Origin: Lingula anatina
Lineage: Eukaryota; Animalia; Brachiopoda
DNA length: 64,000 nt
Reading direction: 5' to 3'
Assembly (NCBI GenBank): GCA_051362555.1
Contig: CM120641.1
Location: 39,872,401 to 39,936,400 of the forward strand
In this document: piece by piece, positions 14,201 to 28,808 of the stretch
How positions within the stretch are numbered: the stretch's first letter is position 1
Layout: each line of letters begins with the position of its first letter
Notes under the pieces: model-generated
The model's input: only the letters and a program-made list of their open reading frames with translations
The model's database searches: none
Told to the model about the DNA's origin: nothing
Made by a program: the position numbers and the translations under genes

Positions 14201-17200
14201 TTTATGTGAATGTTTGAGGTTTGATTTAGAATCCCCTGATTCATAACATTAAACAATATATGCAAAAAAAAAAAAAAAAGCATTTTTATTAGATAAGTGA
14301 AAATTGTGCATTTTTCTTTGAATGTGCCCTTTACATTTCATCAAGGGAAATACATGCGTGTCTTCAGAAATTATAATTCGAGAAAAAATGGTGTTTTCAG
14401 TAAAGGTCTTTGAGCACATTTTTGTATGGAGGTTATCTACTTCCAGGTGTCTGTTGTTCTGATATAGGTTTGATTGATTAGACTTACATGTTTTGGAGAG
14501 CAAGGAACATTTTTAGTCAAGTGTGGTTTGTATGACCTTCTGCTATATGTCAAAGTCTCCTTTTCAAGGCTGTTCACATAATTCAAAAAAGCAAAACTAA
14601 AGATAGCCACTGCTATATTAATTAGGTGCTAATTGCCCACATGTATCATTCTTGCACTTGTGTTGTAGTCCATTTCAATCATAAGAAGAGACGATGAATT
14701 AAAAACCTTAAATTGTGACCATGTTGCTCATCATTATGGAGAAAAATGTGCTATCTGTTTCAAGGGTTTACGTTTTAGATGGTTGGACTACCTTGCGAGG
14801 TGAGATAATCTGGCAACCTAATGCATTTAACCCATTATTGGCATCTACATTCAGGCCTCCATCTCTCGTGGGAAATAAAGACACTTTCCACTATATGGTA
14901 TCCAATCAGTTTGATATATTAAGGATTCTATCAATTAAGATTTTGATTTATAACACTAAGAAATTATAGATTATGCATAACAGTGTTTTAAAGTAATTGA
15001 GTTTTTATGCAATTGCCTGTGTGCCTGGCTCTCTAGTGGTTCCCTTTATGTATCTGATTTTTCCCAAGAAATATATTGCCACCTTGATGTATGTGACAGA
15101 CCCTTTTAACAACTGCAATAAATGATATTGCCTATATCTTTAGCAATATAACAAGTAACCAGTTGGATGTTGGATTTATATTACCATTTTGCAGATCTTG
15201 ATATTTTGTATATCATGCAGAGATTTTCTTCATTTTGTACTGTGATTCCTCTTTTTTTTCTTTTTTCTTTCTTTTTCTTTCTTTATTGAGGTTGAGTTGT
15301 AGTAACTACAGAAAACATCTTTTTTGACTGATTCTGTATGGCACCACCAAAGCTAAGGGTGCATAGTTTGATACGTTAGGTTTACTGTGACACTGTTACC
15401 AGTTTGCTCCAAAGACGCCATATCAAAGGTATTCTTATGAGCTTATGAAACATTTGTGGCTGGATATAATGAGGCTTATTTGGTAGCTTGGGTTGACAGA
15501 TATCAGTCAGAAGTGCTCACCTGAAAAGACAGTGGTTATTTGAAGGGAAAAGTTCAAATATGTATACCAACTTATACATCATCTCCAGGTTAAAACCATT
15601 CTGTTATCAGCTCACCTAAGTGATGTATGAGCTCTACAGTGTTAGGTTTAGCTTGTGAACTCATCAGTGAACAGAAGTACATTGAAAGTCTGTCAACAAA
15701 AAATATTTTTTGAAATCTTAGACACCATTTTTTTTTTTTTTTTTGTAAAGACCTGATTGTGATATTTCTCTCCGATTCCTTCCCCCTACCATCTTAACTG
15801 AGTAAGGTATAAATAAGACCACAAAAATGATAGGTGAGCATCTTTGACATCCTGTAGAGTTCAGAATGATGCCAGTTACAGACTCATTAGCAACTGGAGG
15901 TGAGCAGCTTGCTATCCTCTCTTGTAAGCCATGTGATAAAGGTGATGGCCTTTTCTACCTTCAGATTGAAAGAATTTTTATGGTGAATATGGCAACATGA
16001 ATAGCAATTGCTGCCTTGAGTGCCTAAATAGCTATCATTGTATGAAGATACATTGTATGTGAGTATCCAGGCATGACTGTGCTTTACCCATGCAGTGGGT
16101 TGAATATCAACTATAAGGGGACATGTGGGGGGAGGGGGGGCTGACAATCTGTGACATTGTAATATTCCAAGGATAATATCATTTACTCAACAATGTTAGT
16201 TATTCTGCTTGTCTTACCTGAAAAAAAGTTATTGTTGTCTAATTGCTGTCTTATAATTACCAAACATTCATTTGATTCTCTCTCTTGTGTGAAACTATCC
16301 ATCAAGTTAAACAAGGTTGTCTCAATCATAAAGATTTCAAATGGCTGGCCCAGGTAATTTCCAATAACACTGTCACAACAGTTACAATACTGTGGAATGC
16401 ATGATTGCATCTTTAAAGAATAGCTATAAAAAATAAGACTCATCGGTATGGTTTTGTTTCCTGACCAGAATGTACCAGTAAGGTATAGGTAATGCCAGTT
16501 GTATCTTTTACCAGTAGGAACTTATCTGCTCTGCTTTTTGTATACCTTTTTAAAGATAATGTACCAAAATATGGCATTGTAGCCATTGTCTTTTAATTTT
16601 TATGACATCCCATCTCATGCTGGTTACAAGCAGTGGAGAAAAGCTGTAGAAAGCAGTGTTCAGTTACAGTTGTACTGTCTGGTATAGAATACCAGTTGTA
16701 CTGTACAGGGCACAAACAATGTGTGGTATTATGTTATCAGGTTGTTTTCCTAGAAACATAAAACTATGGAGACTAGTGCCCAATAAACAAACCAGTTTGA
16801 TGTCATGGCAATTAAGGGTTTGAATAACAAGTGCAGTCATGATTTCATTGATATATTTTCTTGAAGATAGTATGAGAAATGCAGTTCAAATAAGTGCATA
16901 CATGCTTATAAGTCTTATCAGTCACAAATCAAAATATGGGCTGCACCAGTATTAATCCATGATATATTATGGTATTTTCAAAAGAATAATTGTACTTTGA
17001 CTTATGCTACATACATTTACAAGTAATCCATGACTGGCTCTCTGGAAAGTTTTGAGTAAGAGATACTGGACTTGGAAATGGTTACAGTCCATTTCTGTAC
17101 TGTAGTTCAGTGATTTAATTTAAAGTCACTTGCCAGAGAGTACTTTATACTGGTTTCCATTTATGAAATGTGGTTACTGCTATGAGCTGCAGTTCAGGGC

Positions 17201-20200
17201 AGGTGTTCAAATAACTTGGGCTATCGTCCATCATTTATACATTTTATGACAGAAGTTCCAACATACATAATGTATTTGAAATAATTACCCAGAATAAGTT
17301 GCCATTACAGGAGTCATTAATATTATTCTCTTTGAAGTTACCTGTAGTAAAGGTTGATAGATGTCTGACAATCAAAACTGTAATGATTTAGAAAGCGCAG
17401 CTTTTTTTGCATGCTTCCTTTATGCATAAATAATGAGATATAGCCAGTATATTACTTTTGTAATTTGTACCAAAGGTGTATTGCAGGACATTGTGCACAG
17501 AACACAGTGTTGTACCATGTCACCATCTTTAGAAACTTGCAAATACCAGCAGAGTCTATATCTGACTGTTGTATTAGACAGATCACCTCTATGACTACTT
17601 GTTGAATCACTTGCTACATTCAAGTAAATTGAATTGCAATTCATTTTCTTAGAACAGACTATGGATCCAGTGTTTCAATTTAACTTAAACTGACAATGAA
17701 ATGTTTGGGCAGCATTACCTTACTAATGGCTTCTTGCATGGTTAATGAATTTATTGTGAAAAAGTGTTTTTGATCAACTTAACCGAAGCTGCACATGATA
17801 AAAAAGGAAGCAGTTGAAAGTCAGTCGCAGTGTAATAAACTATGGTGATTTGATGCTGAAAGAAACCTCTACATATATGAGAGTAATTGAATAAGTGTAA
17901 AACAGAAAACAGTTTTTGCAATGAAATTTACTGCCACCATGGTTGGACAATTAAGTAAAAGGAAGGTACAAAGGGGCATGACATATTTAAAAAGATAAGC
18001 TGAAAAATTAAAGAAATTATATATGTAGGACACAGGAAGTGTTATGCTAAGCTTAAAACTAAAGAGTGTTGGTAAATAAATTTATTTTTGAGCTGAAATT
18101 GCTCTATATATCCTAAATATAAAAACTGCATCTAAATACTAATAAATTTGCTTGCTTTTTTTTCACTATAGAATTTTTGTCTGAATAAATCATACTTGCC
18201 ATATCTCTTCCATCATGAGTAGTAAGAGGCCCATTAACAAGGTCAAATTACAAATGCAATATACAGGTTGATTGATATTTGATTAGTAAAGGCAGCTATT
18301 TATGATGGAAACCCATTTTTTTATTTTACTTCAACTAATTGACCATATAATCAAATGGTAATCAGAAATTATTAATAAAGGGACTAAACTATGGCGTGAC
18401 CAAAATATTACTGCAATTAGTTCTGCAAAAAGGAATTTTTGTGAGGTTGCAAAAGACCCAAATGTTAGTATATTTTCTCAGATATTTTGACCACGTTTGA
18501 ACTTAAATGAACTCTTGACCTCTGTTTGACCAGCACACGGAGAGAGAGCTCAGGTCAAACACGTACACGTATGCTAGGGGTTGGTTTACCATGTGTGTGT
18601 AGGCAGGCACGGACCACCACCACATCACAGATAAGATGTCCCGATGCTCTGCAAAACTGCAAAACCACCTATTTACATAGATGTGTTACGTTTTTTGCAC
18701 GTTTGGTCTGAAATCAAAATTATTATAGATATAATTACATTTATTTGAAATTGTACATTTCTATGCATGTTTCTAGTCTTGAATCATATTAGAGCTTAAA
18801 GCATGTTGAATTTTTTCTCATGCAGTTTAGTTCTCCTTTACAGTTAAATGGTACAAAAAGTGCAGGTTGTCCTGATATTTGGTTACTGGATATTTTCACA
18901 TAGCACAGTGCCTGGGAAGACTTGGCATGACCTTTCTGTGAAATCATGAATATTCAGTACCGGTACTTTGATATGGTCTTGTTTGAGTCGAGTATTTAAT
19001 AGCTCATTAATGTAATACCAAGAGTCTAAGCTAGTGTACAGCATTTTGTTAGTGATTTTTTTTTATGGAGTGTCACATTTATAGAAATGGATGCAAAAGA
19101 AAAAATGCTTGCCCCCTTTTCACAAAAAGTTTCTGTATTTTGATCATCATAAGGTTGTTTATGTTGATTGTGTAATAATTTCTCACTTATGGTACTTCAG
19201 TAAGCAATTATTCCATTTAAAGAAAAAAGTCTCCTCCTTAAAGTCAAACATGAATTACTTTGATAGCATGAAAACTACATTCAATTTTGAAAGTATTTAT
19301 ATGCTCTTTATATCAACTGGAAGCTGTTGGTCATATTATTTTTGAATGTTATAAGGAATGATCAGTGATAGGTCAGATGCATCTTAGATCAATTAAAAAA
19401 TGTTTCCAAAGCATGTACACCAAAAATGCAGATAGTGAACTGGAAACTGGATAGGGAGAAAAGAAAGAGAGAGGTCGGAGGGAATGCCAATAAGTGGATT
19501 AGCCAAGTAGACAGAACAAAGATAAAAGTCTGGGGTCTGACTCAGATGTCAGCTTTTTTGAAAGTTCCCCTAGAGCTTACTGTCATGGACAAAGACCAAC
19601 CTATGTGTGGTTATCCACAGTCATTTGTCCATGATTCACACGTCAAACCACATACAGATATTCAGGTTACAAGTTTCAAATTAAGTTTGTGCTTTCATGA
19701 AAAAAGGGATTATGTTTGACTAAAAAATGACGGAATTAGTGGTGCTTCATTAGGCAGCATAATTGCATTGTTTTGTGGTATCTTGTTGTCATTTTAAGAA
19801 GTACTAGAAGATACCAGGCTTCTTCTCAGTGTTATATCTTTATGTTCTCGTGTTTAAATATAAATCATCGGATCATTATATCATATCATATAATTTAATG
19901 TAATTAAAGTAACATAACTTACCCCAACTCAATGTGTTGCTTTACATTACAGTGTTTTTTCACTGATAAGGAGAAAGGTGCACTATGAAAAATTGCATTC
20001 CCATAAACAAGGCACTATTGGATAAGTGCTGTATCTACCAGGATCCTTTTCACATCTGGCATTATATCTCACCAATACATTTCTACCAAAAAAAACAAAA
20101 AAACAGTGTAACGAGGCTTTTTTTGTGTGTGTGAAATAAATAAAAATATCAATTGACATATAAAACCATTTATATTTTACTTTACTCTTTAACCATTCAA

Positions 20201-20453
20201 AACAATATTTCCAGATGCAAATATTGAAGATGTAAGTTCAGTAGAAGAATGGCGGAACAAGTACCATGATGCTCTGCTTCAGTACAGTAAGACTTACCAC
20301 CCTGGGGATCCAAGGAGAGTTGGGAACCTCCTCCTATGTTTGCCACTCCTCAGCCAGATAAAGTACTACGGCAAGCAATACTGGTGGAGTGTTAAAAAAG
20401 ATGGCAGAGTTCCTCTTCACAAACTCTTTCTAGAAATGCTGGATGCTGAGTAG
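2021..20453 (+). CDS. ERR: Estrogen-related receptor (NR3B), 5'-partial: second zinc finger, hinge and ligand-binding domain
   Basis: Exons 2021-2137 ([38 protein letters not shown]), 6608-6724 ([14 protein letters not shown]), 9518-9679 ([20 protein letters not shown]), 11304-11576 ([24 protein letters not shown]) and 20215-20453 (..[29 protein letters not shown]). All introns are GT-AG with compatible phases. The RVRGGRQKY extension and [10 protein letters not shown]-2 helix are ERR-type. The first zinc-finger exon was not found in the window. Confidence 0.96.
3989..4131. mobile_element. MITE, 143 bp, GGCCCC termini with CTG target-site duplication (PIF/Harbinger-like)
   Basis: ggccccataactcaaaagcatcgcgtattgcga pairs with tcacaatgcgcaatgctttcgagttatggggcc. 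CTG flanks both sides (3986-3988 and 4132-4134). Confidence 0.8.
4191..4241. repeat. poly-C run followed by (CA)n microsatellite
   Basis: About 19 C then cacacaca.., seen directly. Confidence 0.9.
9733..9846. repeat. Tandem duplication of about 57 bp in an ERR intron
   Basis: ttttttt(a)aattctaatttcatYataagtacaagaatcta..aca..caaaa occurs twice in succession. Confidence 0.75.
11147..11206. repeat. (CA)n microsatellite
   Basis: Seen directly. It explains the VCVCVC ORF on the minus strand. Confidence 0.95.
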
Positions 20454-23400
20454 ATGCACGGTTACCAGGGTAACCTTCACTGCTGTTGTTATAACTGTTA
20501 CAATTATTGTGATTAAATTTTTCTTCATTTTCATTGAATACATAGGCAGATTAGTATATATATATATATGGGAATGCATGGTTGCAATGCAGTGCTTTGG
20601 GATTGTATTAAAACAGATATATCGATATAAATGGTAATAGATATGTACTTAACAGAAAACTTTGGAAGCAACAGTCCAGGTTATATTGTTTTGCCAGGAA
20701 TAGGACCATGGAGACTGGACTACAGAAAACTACAGTGGAGACATCTATGGTGCTGTGTGGGATTTATACATTTCATATGGCGCTAAAAGTGTGAAGAGCA
20801 GAAGAAAAACTTTTTATAGAGATGATTCATTATAGCTATCATGTTTTATTAGCATGTTATATATAATATATAATCTCTGTGTATATGTGTGGCAATGATG
20901 TCTGTGGTACTAGTAGCTCTTTAAGAATAGAGCGATATGTGTCTCTCAGTGGAAGATACAACAACTGGTGCCATAAAAAAAGATAAATCTAACTAGGCAG
21001 CAAATGTATTTTACACTTACAAATTTAAAGAAAAACTGTATCTGTGTTTAGAGAATGTGAGGACCTAATGTAACTATAAAAAAGATTGTCCATGCACCTA
21101 GTAAGTTTTGATAGGTCTTTCATTTTGTTAAAAGTAGTCATAGTACATTTTCATGTGCTGCTATAACTGTATTACATCCACAACCATAGTAAACCCTGTC
21201 AGTGTCATTAGTCTTATATTTCAAGTATGTTTAGTAATGTCACGTATATATATATATAGCATCATATAAACATTCTTTAGTGAAACTGTATGCTGGTATG
21301 GAGGATGCTGCCTTGAATGTTTCCAAACTGGATTTGGACAGACTAATTGTAGACTTTGGCTTGAATGATGTCTTTTTGTTGGGTGCAATTTACGTAAAAA
21401 CATATTGCAATCAGCTTGATGTATTAGCAGGACTGTGCAGATAAACAAAATGAATAACATACATCATAGTACATTACATTAATGATGTTACAGAAGTCTA
21501 CATGTTAGCAGTGAGATATGGTTTTACACTTTTCACTTCATCGTGGCAACATGCAGGGGGGATTTATCATGATACCATTAGGTAAACATTACATCGTGTC
21601 ACCAGGACACTTTGATGTTTATGTCAAATATTTCAAAGAACTGATGAATATTTTCTGGCACTGATAGATGATTCTACAGTATATTTTTTGATGTATCAGA
21701 TGTTTACATAACATCAGGAATCTATCACCTCTTGAAATGGATTCTTGATCATGCACATAGCCCGTGTTGATGTTGTGGTATTAATAGTTGTGGTACTTGG
21801 TAGTACTGTGGTAATATGATGCTCTTCTATGAGCCCACGCTACCATGGTAACATATACTGCACCAGTTTGGTTCCATCTGTGCAGATGGTACCTCAGCTT
21901 GGCACCATGGTACATATGTGTTATGGTATATCTGGATTATACCTGCCATCTTGGTATTTTAGAGGGCTATACGTACACATGAGCTTGTGTTAGAGATTGG
22001 GATACTTTACCTGTGCTTTTTGTCATATTTACTTTGAGCACCATATTTGTATTACTTTTAAGTGTATGTGGATTTGGTAGAAATGGTGACACATCATACA
22101 GTGGTACTATGGCAGCACAGGTTAAATAAATATGTTAATTTTATGGTATCATAGACCCATGGGTCATGGTCTGATGTTTTGGTGGGAAAGCACAAACAGT
22201 TATGTCCATTAGGTTATGGTTGAGCCAGGACGACACTGAGTACTGCCAGAGCACAGAAAACATTTCTCTATTATTTTCTCTGTTATGATACTCGGCACCA
22301 ACAAAGTTTCATAGATTTCAATGAGATTTCCTATGATTTCATGAATGGATTGGGAGAGATACTTTGTATACTTTGTAGTCTGTTTCTGAGCAAGTAGCCT
22401 CATGTTTCTATGTAAATATTTAAGTAAAGTGACAAAGCATCTTAAGTCCAGTTTGGTAACACTAGGAACAGCTAAGGTGTAGTTCAGTCCAAACAGGAAG
22501 AAAACATTTAATTACTCTGTTATGATTATATTACCAACTTGCTAGTTTTTGATTTTCATTATTTTTGAGTTCTTGTAAATTTGTTCACAACGGCATCATT
22601 TATAATTGGAGGTATTTCTGTTTGTTGTACAAAATAGTTCTTGTTTTATAGTGTTTTTATCTAAAGTAATTTTCCGTTGCTTGTACATGCAGCATGCTCT
22701 GTAGATGCTAATTTTCATGTAAAGTGGTTTTGTTTATACTTTTTTATAAGCCGCAGTATTTTAGAATTTCAGCATTATAATCAGTGAGCACTGTATTAGC
22801 CTTAATTTTCCTTGTAGATGTTTTGAAGGTTGTGTTTGAAATACAGTTATGGATTGCCAAGTCTTGTTAGAGTAGGAGGATCACATTAACATGACATTCC
22901 AGTCTAATCAGTGACACTTAAAAGAAACCTCTCACCCACATGACATTTTCATATTAATTGGGTAACTGAAAAAAGAAACAATTATGTTATTTTGGTGATA
23001 TGATCCATTCCTTAATTGGGTGGGAAATATACACGTCAGCTTAACTGCCATTGCTGAAAAAAATCAAGATTATTAACCCTAATCAAACACTTTTGGTCAG
23101 TCCTGTCCCATGATATTTTCTCAGTTTGGAAACTAATCAAGTGGAAGGTGGCTATTAATTAAAAACAAGAATTTTCCACTGAACTCTTTGTTTTCACTTG
23201 AGGAAATCTCAGTGAAGTGTAGTGGACAAAACTACTGAAGCAAAGACCCTTGAAAATATATGTCAAGTTGATGATATATTGAAAATCTTTAGTCATTGTA
23301 TGCAGTTCTGTTTTGAAAGTCTTGGACTGAACTTTAGGAACCTGTTAATCATAGAAAAGAAAGATTTTCTACAAATCAACTAAATTGTTTGAAACAAAAA

Positions 23401-25650
23401 TGAGAATTACCTTTAAAAGAACAATCACAGTTTTCTTTGAATGTCATCTCACAGAAACTTAGCCACAGTTCTATCTGATATTATATTATTATCTTTTATT
23501 ATGGCCAAACATCATATAATTATCTGTGCCACTTTGGCCTTGGTAATGGTGCAATTATATTGGCGTTTTCATAAAAGCTAACAGGCATGCGTGCTTGTGG
23601 GACTGACAGCAGATGGATATTAATAATATTTGCTTGTAATTAGGAAGTTGTTAAGCATTACTTGTTATATGATTTTTTATTTGTTATTACCCCTTATTTG
23701 TAAACATAAATGTATCTCCAAAACAATTCTTAAATTACTTTAAGCCTGAATTTGCCAAGGGCAAGGGCACCAGTAAAAAGGAAACACATGTACCTGTGAG
23801 ATAATGACATGATGGAAGTTAACAATCATGGTAGGAGCAACCTCTGCTGGTTGCTTTGATTCTTATTTGCTAAGTACTAAGACAATCATTCAGAACTGCT
23901 CTGACTGCCCATTATGAGGCCCCATGGACAAGAGGTAAAATTAGTTAAATACAACTGATATTTCTTATTCAGGGAACTAGGACTCAAAACAGGACACCAT
24001 TTTATAAAGGGGGGAGGGGATTTAAAAAGATGTGACAATGAAAGAGCTTGTAAATAGAAAAATCACAGGAGTCAGCTTCAAATAATCATGAGTTTCAGTT
24101 TCTCTTGAAATAATTTGCTGCAATTTTTCTCGGATATATTAGAACACATGCTCATTTAGAAATGAAAGGAGGCATACATGCTCTGGCTATGTACTGACCT
24201 GTAAAATGAATGATACTGGTAGCAATCAAAGGGCACATTGAGTCATTGAAACCTTTTTTCAGTACATAAGTAATTACCTTTTGAATTATTTTGCCATTCA
24301 TTTTATGTATCTTATGTAATGTGTACAATTTCTTTCCAACAAATTTCAAAATTATACCTCCCCCATATACTGAAAATGATATTAGTTGTGTGTTGTACAA
24401 CATACCTGTGTTTTTGTAAAGTACTGCCAGTGTTGACAAGGTCTGTGTACCACAGCCTGTCTTCCCCATCTGTTAGTGGCTTGCTTAACTGTACTCAAAG
24501 CATGATACCTCATTATTGCATATATCATTATAGTTACAATGATAGTCGTTTTAGCACTGATTTCATTTCTGCCCTGCCAAAGGCCTTTCATCTAAGAAGC
24601 TGGTCTTTAGTGGATTTAATCATGATAGGTGAACTAAGTGATATATAATGAGATGAACTAAGTGATACTTATGGATTGTTGGGAGTTTTGTTGTAAAGAA
24701 GAAGGGCATAAGAGAAAAATCGTGCAATTGTTAAAGTGACTAAAGGTGTTGGTCTTGTGCAGATGCAGCAGGCCATTGCATAGTGTTTGTTGTCTGTACT
24801 GAAAGCCATGTTTATCATACTTCTTGTTATGTTGTTTGTTATTGTTATATTTATAGAACAGCAGCTTTTTTATAGTTGGACTTCTCTTACATTGTTTTAT
24901 TGTAAACTTGCTATTATAATGTGTCAATGAACAGTACCTTTTACAAAAACACAAAAAAAGATTTGTAATTTACAGATGATGAAGTGTTGCTTTACCTCAA
25001 TTTTAGGCTTGGAACAAGCATTTAGTGTGTAGTATGTAGCACGATTGATTTTGAGTACTTGTGATTGTATATAACTGCATTTTAATGTATTATGCCCAGT
25101 TAATCCATTTGAAGTGGCAGTGTGTAACTTAATTTTATATTTGCATGTAATGCTTTATGTTTTCACTGCCATAACTAGGGAGTCCCCATCCCAGCGATAT
25201 ACACTGTCAGCTGAGGGCTTATCCCATTACCTTATCATATATCCCACATGGATACTAAAAATGTCAAAACATTTATTAATGAGATGCAATTTTTGAATTT
25301 TCTGCTCAGTTTGACTGGCAGCAGGATTGGTATAATGTTGCACTTTTAAATTTGATCATTTTTCAGCGCAATCATCATAAACCTCAATTCTTGCAGTCTT
25401 TCTCATCACATTGCATGTTATCTGTACAGTAAGTGCATCTCTCCATGCATACTGGACAATTAAAATTGTAGACAATGGATGGAATTATAGTGATATTGGT
25501 GGGTGGTACTATTGCAGTGATGTTATTTTTATAGACAAAAGACTATACAAACGGTTGTACTATTTGTGACTATTGCACATTAGCTTGTTATACCACTGCA
25601 CTGTTTAGGTGCTCAGTGGTTGCTGTAATAGTTGCTCTCTGAAATTATAC

Positions 25651-25660
25651 AATAAATAAA
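25651..25660 (+). terminator. Likely ERR polyadenylation signal (implies a 3' UTR of about 5 kb)
   Basis: aataaataaa followed about 25 nt later by a GT-rich tract (ttgtgtttgtgttt). The T/G-rich, UTR-like sequence downstream of the ERR stop ends about here. Confidence 0.5.
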
Positions 25661-28349
25661 GAGGCAGTTCTGTGGTAGTTTAAAAACTTGTGTTTGTGTT
25701 TATTCATATATGTACCCATCTTTCTATTTATCTATCTGCCCCTCATTTCCTGTTTTTGCCTCATTTCTACCCATTTCCAAAGCTGGGTTCAACATAAAAT
25801 GTGATGAAACGTGAAATGCCATTTAAAAGAACATTATTATAAATCAAAATAATGTCACTCTTAATCTTGATATCAGGATTACACATCCACAGGATGAGGT
25901 AAGTTATTTGTTGGTCTTCTATTTATATTCAGGTCCAGAACCCAATTGCTTCTTGTTTTATCTAAAATGTCTTTAATGACGTCTTACAGTTGAAAAACGT
26001 GTCTGCGAGTGGGTCTCCTGAGTTGATTGACTATGGCTCCACATAGTGCAGACTTACGTAAGATTAAAAAATCTGGCTTAATCTAATTAAATATTTCACA
26101 GAAAAAAAGAACTATCCAATAAAATTCTGATTTTATGAAGGTGGAAGGTTTGGAAGTAGAGCAGTTGCCACAAATAAAATATACCCTTTTTTTTTCGTGC
26201 GTGATAGAGTTGCAGATTAAGATAGGAGGACTGTATGACACATGGCTAATGTTGACATTTTTATACTTACACTTGAGGACTTTCAAGTGATAACATATTG
26301 TTCCCCATTCAAAACCCACGCAATAAACACTGAAAGTAACATTAAGTGGAATTTATAAGAGCATGTATATATCGAAAGCTGTTTGTAAGGTGAACATGGT
26401 ATTTTCGTCATATCAAACTGCTTTAGTAACAGGTTAGTCTAGCCATAATGATGGTGTTTACTTACAATAATAAAAAATAATAATGAAATTATTGTGAAGT
26501 AACACTGAGATTGTAAGCATCAATTTTTACAGTCAGCCTGCATGGTTCAGGATGAAATGTTTCAATACAATGTCATGGTTGAATTAGGGTGATATAAATG
26601 TAATGAACCACTGTATTTGGATACATTTCTATTGCAGACTAAAACAGGACAGAGACAATCTATGATAATAAAATTATAATAAATAAATGAAGAAAAAGTA
26701 ATGCCTAAATACTGATAAGATATGACATAATCATACAAATGTAAATTGTATTCCATCAGGAATGTTATCAGTGGTAAGTAATCTTCAAAATAAAACAAAA
26801 AGCAATTCATTTGTATAAAATTACTAGTAAACCTAAACAACTTCTGTATATATAAATTACAAAATATATGAGGGAAAAGTACTGAAGTGAAGTTTTAAGT
26901 TAAAGCTTACAAAAAGTAAATATATCTGTGCAAGTGTTAAATTTCAAAACAGATTCCAAAATGGAAAACCTTATAACTGAACAGTACCAAAGTAAAACCT
27001 TTAAAATATTCTTAAAAGAATGACCTTTGAATAAAGGAAATGTAAAATATATTAAGTACAGATCCCAGCACTATGAAATCTACTAGTGTACAACAGTATT
27101 GAAATTAAAATGAAAGGTTAGAAACAATGTTTTTTTTTTTTTTTCACAAAATTCAAAGTGATTATTCTTTCAGTAAATACATTTACATCGACTACCACCA
27201 TGGAGGCACTTCAGAGTTTTCACACAGACCGTTCCACCAGAGCCACAGCTGTAATAATGCTTTGGTCAACATTCTCCAAAGAATACTACCTCTATTAATC
27301 TTTGGTATAACCATTACACTGACAGGAGAGACAGAATTTGATTAATGCATTAATAGGGAAACCCACTACATGTAAATGTACTCTAGAGAATACCACTTTG
27401 GTGTCATATTTTGACATTTTGAGAGCAATTAAATTAACAAGTTTCATACCAAACCTTTTATCTATTTCATTCCCTTTTTCCCTTATCTACCAATTGACCC
27501 GAGTTGGCTTGGCCTGCAATGTCATATCTATATTGAACTGTTAAGAGGGTGATATCCATCAGTCCTGCCCAGATAAGCTATTTCAGTTCTCTTCTTCAAA
27601 TATTCATTGCAAATGTCATGAAGTATGCTTACACCTGCTATAGCCTTCATGATTCAACCTTTTCTCTACAACCTTTGAAGTTACATATACAACATACAAA
27701 AATAACAGTTAAAATGCTGCAAGTCATAACTCTACAGTTTTGAATAACAGCTAGGTGATAAATGTAAATGAAAAACATGCTGGGTAAACCCCTTTCATTT
27801 AAAGTCATGATACAATGTGCAATTTCAGTTCTACATTATCTGCAACAATAACCAGGTCCCCCTAATTAACCCTTATCCATATTAAAAATAAATGGAATGT
27901 ATTCAGTCATCTTTAGTTGTCTCAATAATGAGTCTAAAAGGAATAATTCTAAAGAAATCAAATTAAGATTGTTCAAAGCAAGGAAATATAGTTGAAAGAG
28001 TAATTTTGTTTCATTAAGTGCAATGTAAATCATCAGTGAATGAGATCATTTGAAGAGAAATAATAACCAAGGGCAAGGCAAGAGGATACAGCATAAAGAA
28101 ATATGATCAAATCAAGTTTTTAAGAAAAAAAAAATTGATTTCCAAATTGTATTCTGCTACTGATTATAGGTTTCAACAGCAAAATTAGACACTGGTGTAA
28201 TTCTAGTTCGTTTTTCCCCATTTCTGTAGGCAGAAAATTTAAATAACTCCATTTTGTTGACAATAGTCAGAAGCCCAGATCTGCTGAATTCTGAATTCTA
28301 GATTTTAGTTTTTTTCGTAATCATAGCTATGAGACTCAAAACATTTCCG

Positions 28350-28765
28350 TCAGCTTTGATATCTGTCTGGTGGCTCCATGTGGAAATCCTTAGTGCTTGT
28401 ATAGTAATAATATGTGTATTTTATCTTCATGTAGGCATAGTAAATATTGCCTTTGATAGCCGAACATGTGGAAGATCTCTCTGTGAGACTGCAGTAAAGA
28501 GTGGTGAGAAGTACCACAAGCATAATACTTAATACTCCTAAGAATATCCATAACAGAGTCATAGAGATCCACTCCTCTGAAACAGAAAGTAAAACTGACA
28601 ATTACAGTTGTCAATATTTTCGCATGGATAAATTCTGGGACAATTCTGGGGCAACAGGTACCATGGGGAAATTCTAGCAACAATCAATTAATCTCGAGTT
28701 TAATCATCTTAATTTTGTATATATCAAAGAGTAAATGTAAATGCATAAAATTGTGGAAAAGTTAA

Positions 28766-28808
<43 letters not shown>

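Noticed and set aside
12000-27000. Many 60-110 aa ORFs in the ERR intron and UTR
   Set aside because: Low-complexity, no recognisable motifs and no consistent splice-phase chains. This is expected by chance in AT-rich DNA.
27192-27670. Possible alternative 3' exons of consortin ending ..RGSILWRMLTKALLQLWLWW..PPWW* (faintly KASH-like)
   Set aside because: An in-frame path needs a weak GTGTAA donor, the stronger donors lead to stops, and there is no full transmembrane helix. Unsupported without RNA data.
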